Source: an uncultured Gammaproteobacteria bacterium
Lineage (GTDB): Bacteria > Patescibacteriota > Patescibacteriia > SG8-24
DNA: 54,265 nt
Assembly (NCBI GenBank): GCA_964486995.1
Contig: CAZAOV010000008.1
Location: forward strand, 1 to 54,265
Direction of reading: 5' to 3'
Shown here: positions 52,147-54,265 of the stretch, piece after piece
Layout: each line of letters opens with the position of its first letter
How positions within the stretch are numbered: position 1 is the stretch's first letter
Position numbers and translations under genes: made by a program
Notes under the pieces: generated by a model
Told to the model about the DNA's origin: nothing
The model's database searches: none
What the model saw: only the letters and a program-made list of their open reading frames with translations

Positions 52147-52245
52147 GACACCTCCTTATTCTATGGAACTTTCCCTCAATTCGTACCGACATGCCACATG
52201 CATACCGGCAGGAAAAAGGGGGCAAGCGTTCGCTTGCCCGGGTTG

Positions 52246-53661
52246 TTATTTTACAACGAGGTCGATGCGCTTAGCGGTAAGGTCCGCACCGGGAAAGAAC
52301 GCCAGCTCGGCCGCAGCCACGTTGCTCAGCCGCACCTTGAAGCGCTCCACCTGACCGATCTCTCGGTTATCCGCGCACAGAACTCCTTTGCGGTAGCTCT
52401 TGCTGCGTAACCGCACCTCGACCACAGAACCAGCATCCAGACTAATCTGGCGCAAGCGTCTGGCGCAGATGCCTTTGACCAGCCACTTTCGGTCCGCGCT
52501 CAACGAGAGTGGTTCGGCGTCAGCTTGATAGGCATACCCCGTGGAACCGGCTTCGGTCGCGCAAATCAAGCCATCCCCCATTACACTCTCGAACAACCAT
52601 TCGCGGCCGTGACTGCGCACAACGACGTCCATGCTAACCGGAATCGTGTGCGAGGCCGACTTCACATAGATATCATTGAAGCCATAGTGAACGGTCGGAC
52701 TGTCGTCGACAGTTGTGGCAAGAAGCGGCAACTGTAGGCTGGTTAGCCTGGCCGCAGCGATTTCCTCAAGCAACTTAACGGCATCCTGTTCGGCCACCCC
52801 TGGCAAACGGTTCATGAGAAAACCAGCATGACCCAAGTTTAAGCCCAGAAACGGCAGGCGCTGCCGCCAATGCTCATGTACCGCACGCAACATTGTGCCG
52901 TCACCACCCAAAGCGATAATCAAGTTGGCGTACTTCAATGCGACCGCACAGAAGCCCATCGTCGTCTCAACGAACGCCAGCGCCCGCTTATTGTACTCAT
53001 CAGTGTACACATAAGGCCTCGGCTCAGTAATCTGCAGGTGCGTCACACCGCTTGACGGTCGCCCGCGATACAAACCGTGCCGGTTGATATAGTCCTCAAT
53101 TTCAGGCAGTACCATGCCGGCAATAGATTCGTGCTCAAACGTGCACCGACGAATGTCACTGCTGGAACCTTCAGCAGCAGAGATTGACTGAAGTCGATAT
53201 CGCAGTGGCAACGGCGTACCTTCGGACAGCTCATAGCCTAGGCGCAGCACAACCAACCAATTAAGGTTGTTCCAGATTTCCTCGCCATGCTTCCAGCTGC
53301 GCTGAATCTTGTTCAGCCCGTCGCAACCAACCTGCAAAAGGTCAGAGCCGATAACATGCCAAACTTCAGCGCCACCCGCAGCATATCGCTGCTGCAACTC
53401 CCAGTTGCTCGTGAATTCCGACTGTTCCAAGTCGTAATAGTCCACCCGCAAGTTCGGGGCGATGCCCCGAAAGCTCAGGCTGCACATCACGGCGCGATGA
53501 TGCACTGACATGTCATTAGTGACTTCCTTGTCCTTGCGGTGGCCGCAAGGAACAATAATCACCTCATCGAAATGCTGAGCCAACCACGTCACAATCTGCC
53601 GATGCCAAACATGCGGTGGGTTGAAGCTTCCGCCATAGAGAGCGATTTTTTTTACGGTCAT
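52246..53661 (-). CDS. Fusion of nicotinate-nucleotide adenylyltransferase (NadD-like) and NAD kinase (NadK-like)
   Basis: N-half GGSFNPPHVWH, IGSD, W, SSSDIR, YI..HGLY; C-half LGGDGT, GHAGFL, FND, GDGL...GSTGY; RBS GGAGG before MTVKK. Confidence 0.9.
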   Translation of the reverse strand: MTVKKIALYGGSFNPPHVWHRQIVTWLAQHFDEVIIVPCGHRKDKEVTNDMSVHHRAVMCSLSFRGIAPNLRVDYYDLEQSEFTSNWELQQRYAAGGAEVWHVIGSDLLQVGCDGLNKIQRSWKHGEEIWNNLNWLVVLRLGYELSEGTPLPLRYRLQSISAAEGSSSDIRRCTFEHESIAGMVLPEIEDYINRHGLYRGRPSSGVTHLQITEPRPYVYTDEYNKRALAFVETTMGFCAVALKYANLIIALGGDGTMLRAVHEHWRQRLPFLGLNLGHAGFLMNRLPGVAEQDAVKLLEEIAAARLTSLQLPLLATTVDDSPTVHYGFNDIYVKSASHTIPVSMDVVVRSHGREWLFESVMGDGLICATEAGSTGYAYQADAEPLSLSADRKWLVKGICARRLRQISLDAGSVVEVRLRSKSYRKGVLCADNREIGQVERFKVRLSNVAAAELAFFPGADLTAKRIDLVVK

Positions 53662-53714
53662 CACGCTGACCTCCGTCAAGAAACTTGCCGAATGGCTTCA
53701 TTAAATGACGTTGC

Positions 53715-53743
53715 ACCATAGCAAAATTGTCGTTCGGTGTCAA
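53715..53743 (-). promoter_or_regulatory. Sigma70 promoter for the nadD-nadK fusion
   Basis: TTGACA-17 nt-TATGGT with extended TG. Confidence 0.65.
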
Positions 53744-53798
53744 TCATTTTCGCTATTAAGAAACAAAAAAGCCGCATCGTTTTGATGCGACCTAGCGC

Positions 53799-54164
53799 TT
53801 AACACGCGAAGCAAACTCTCTTCGCCATTTCGGCTCCGAGATCTTTCTCGAGATGCTCTTTGAGCCACTCTTTCATTTCCTGTTCGAGTGGCTCAACCTG
53901 AACATGCTCTACTCCATCCTCGATGACGGTAGCCACCTTGGATTCTTCCATCTTCACCCGCCCAAGCACCTCGAAGTACTCGAACGAATCAATAATTTCC
54001 GGATCCTCGTAAGTCTCACGTACCCGCCGCACCCCAAACTCGGCATATAGCACGAGAACGGGATCGTATTCTCTGACGGAATACGGTTCGCCCAGTACCA
54101 AAATCGGTGCTGAATGGGCGCCTAGTGGGAAACGGAGCAACTTGTCACCGGATTGCCTAGTCAT
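53799..54164 (-). CDS. Acidic hypothetical protein
   Basis: AGGAGG RBS before MTRQS; TTGACA upstream (54213-54218); hairpin downstream. Confidence 0.6.
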   Translation of the reverse strand: MTRQSGDKLLRFPLGAHSAPILVLGEPYSVREYDPVLVLYAEFGVRRVRETYEDPEIIDSFEYFEVLGRVKMEESKVATVIEDGVEHVQVEPLEQEMKEWLKEHLEKDLGAEMAKRVCFAC

Positions 54165-54265
54165 TGCAACCCTCCTATGTTGACAGGAAACACTAACAAA
54201 AAATGACGGATTTGTCAAGGGTTGTACTGTTGCAGCGTTCCAGTTACCAAATGTGGATAATGAAT

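Noticed and set aside
50863-53661. Phage-type NAD reconstitution (NARP) module or prophage
   Set aside because: No phage genes; the phosphoribosyltransferase has PncB-type rather than NadV/Nampt-type motifs and NadE is present, fitting Preiss-Handler salvage

Overview
This 54 kb window looks like chromosome from a Patescibacteria (CPR) bacterium, probably ABY1 and Uhrbacteria/Magasanikbacteria-like. That assignment is inferred from gene types, not from a marker gene. It uses standard code 11 and most genes are on the minus strand. In coordinate order it contains: (1) a secreted surface protein; (2) a long operon, transcribed ligA-gatC-gatA-2 hypotheticals-ubiB/aarF-lgt-membrane/spermidine-synthase-like fusion-qng1-tgt, ending in an apparent queuosine salvage pair; (3) a type IV pilus cluster (pilM/N/O/P-like, pilB, response regulator, pilC, major pilin, pilD, four minor pilins) preceded by two large secreted Cys/Asp-rich repeat proteins; (4) an accessory patch with a triple inverted/direct repeat, an orphan gene and its pseudogenised paralog; (5) housekeeping genes (rnhA, recJ, lepA, murJ) plus a 40-aa membrane protein missing from the ORF track; (6) fermentative genes (ackA, pduL, 2-oxoacid:ferredoxin oxidoreductase alpha/beta/gamma), a lone pyrB, mgtE, a GT2 enzyme, rlmD, era and a LOG-family gene; (7) a nicotinate-to-NADP salvage cluster (nadE, pncB, NadD-NadK fusion). 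I saw no rRNA, tRNA, CRISPR array or transposase. All calls come from motif recognition by eye, with no database searches.
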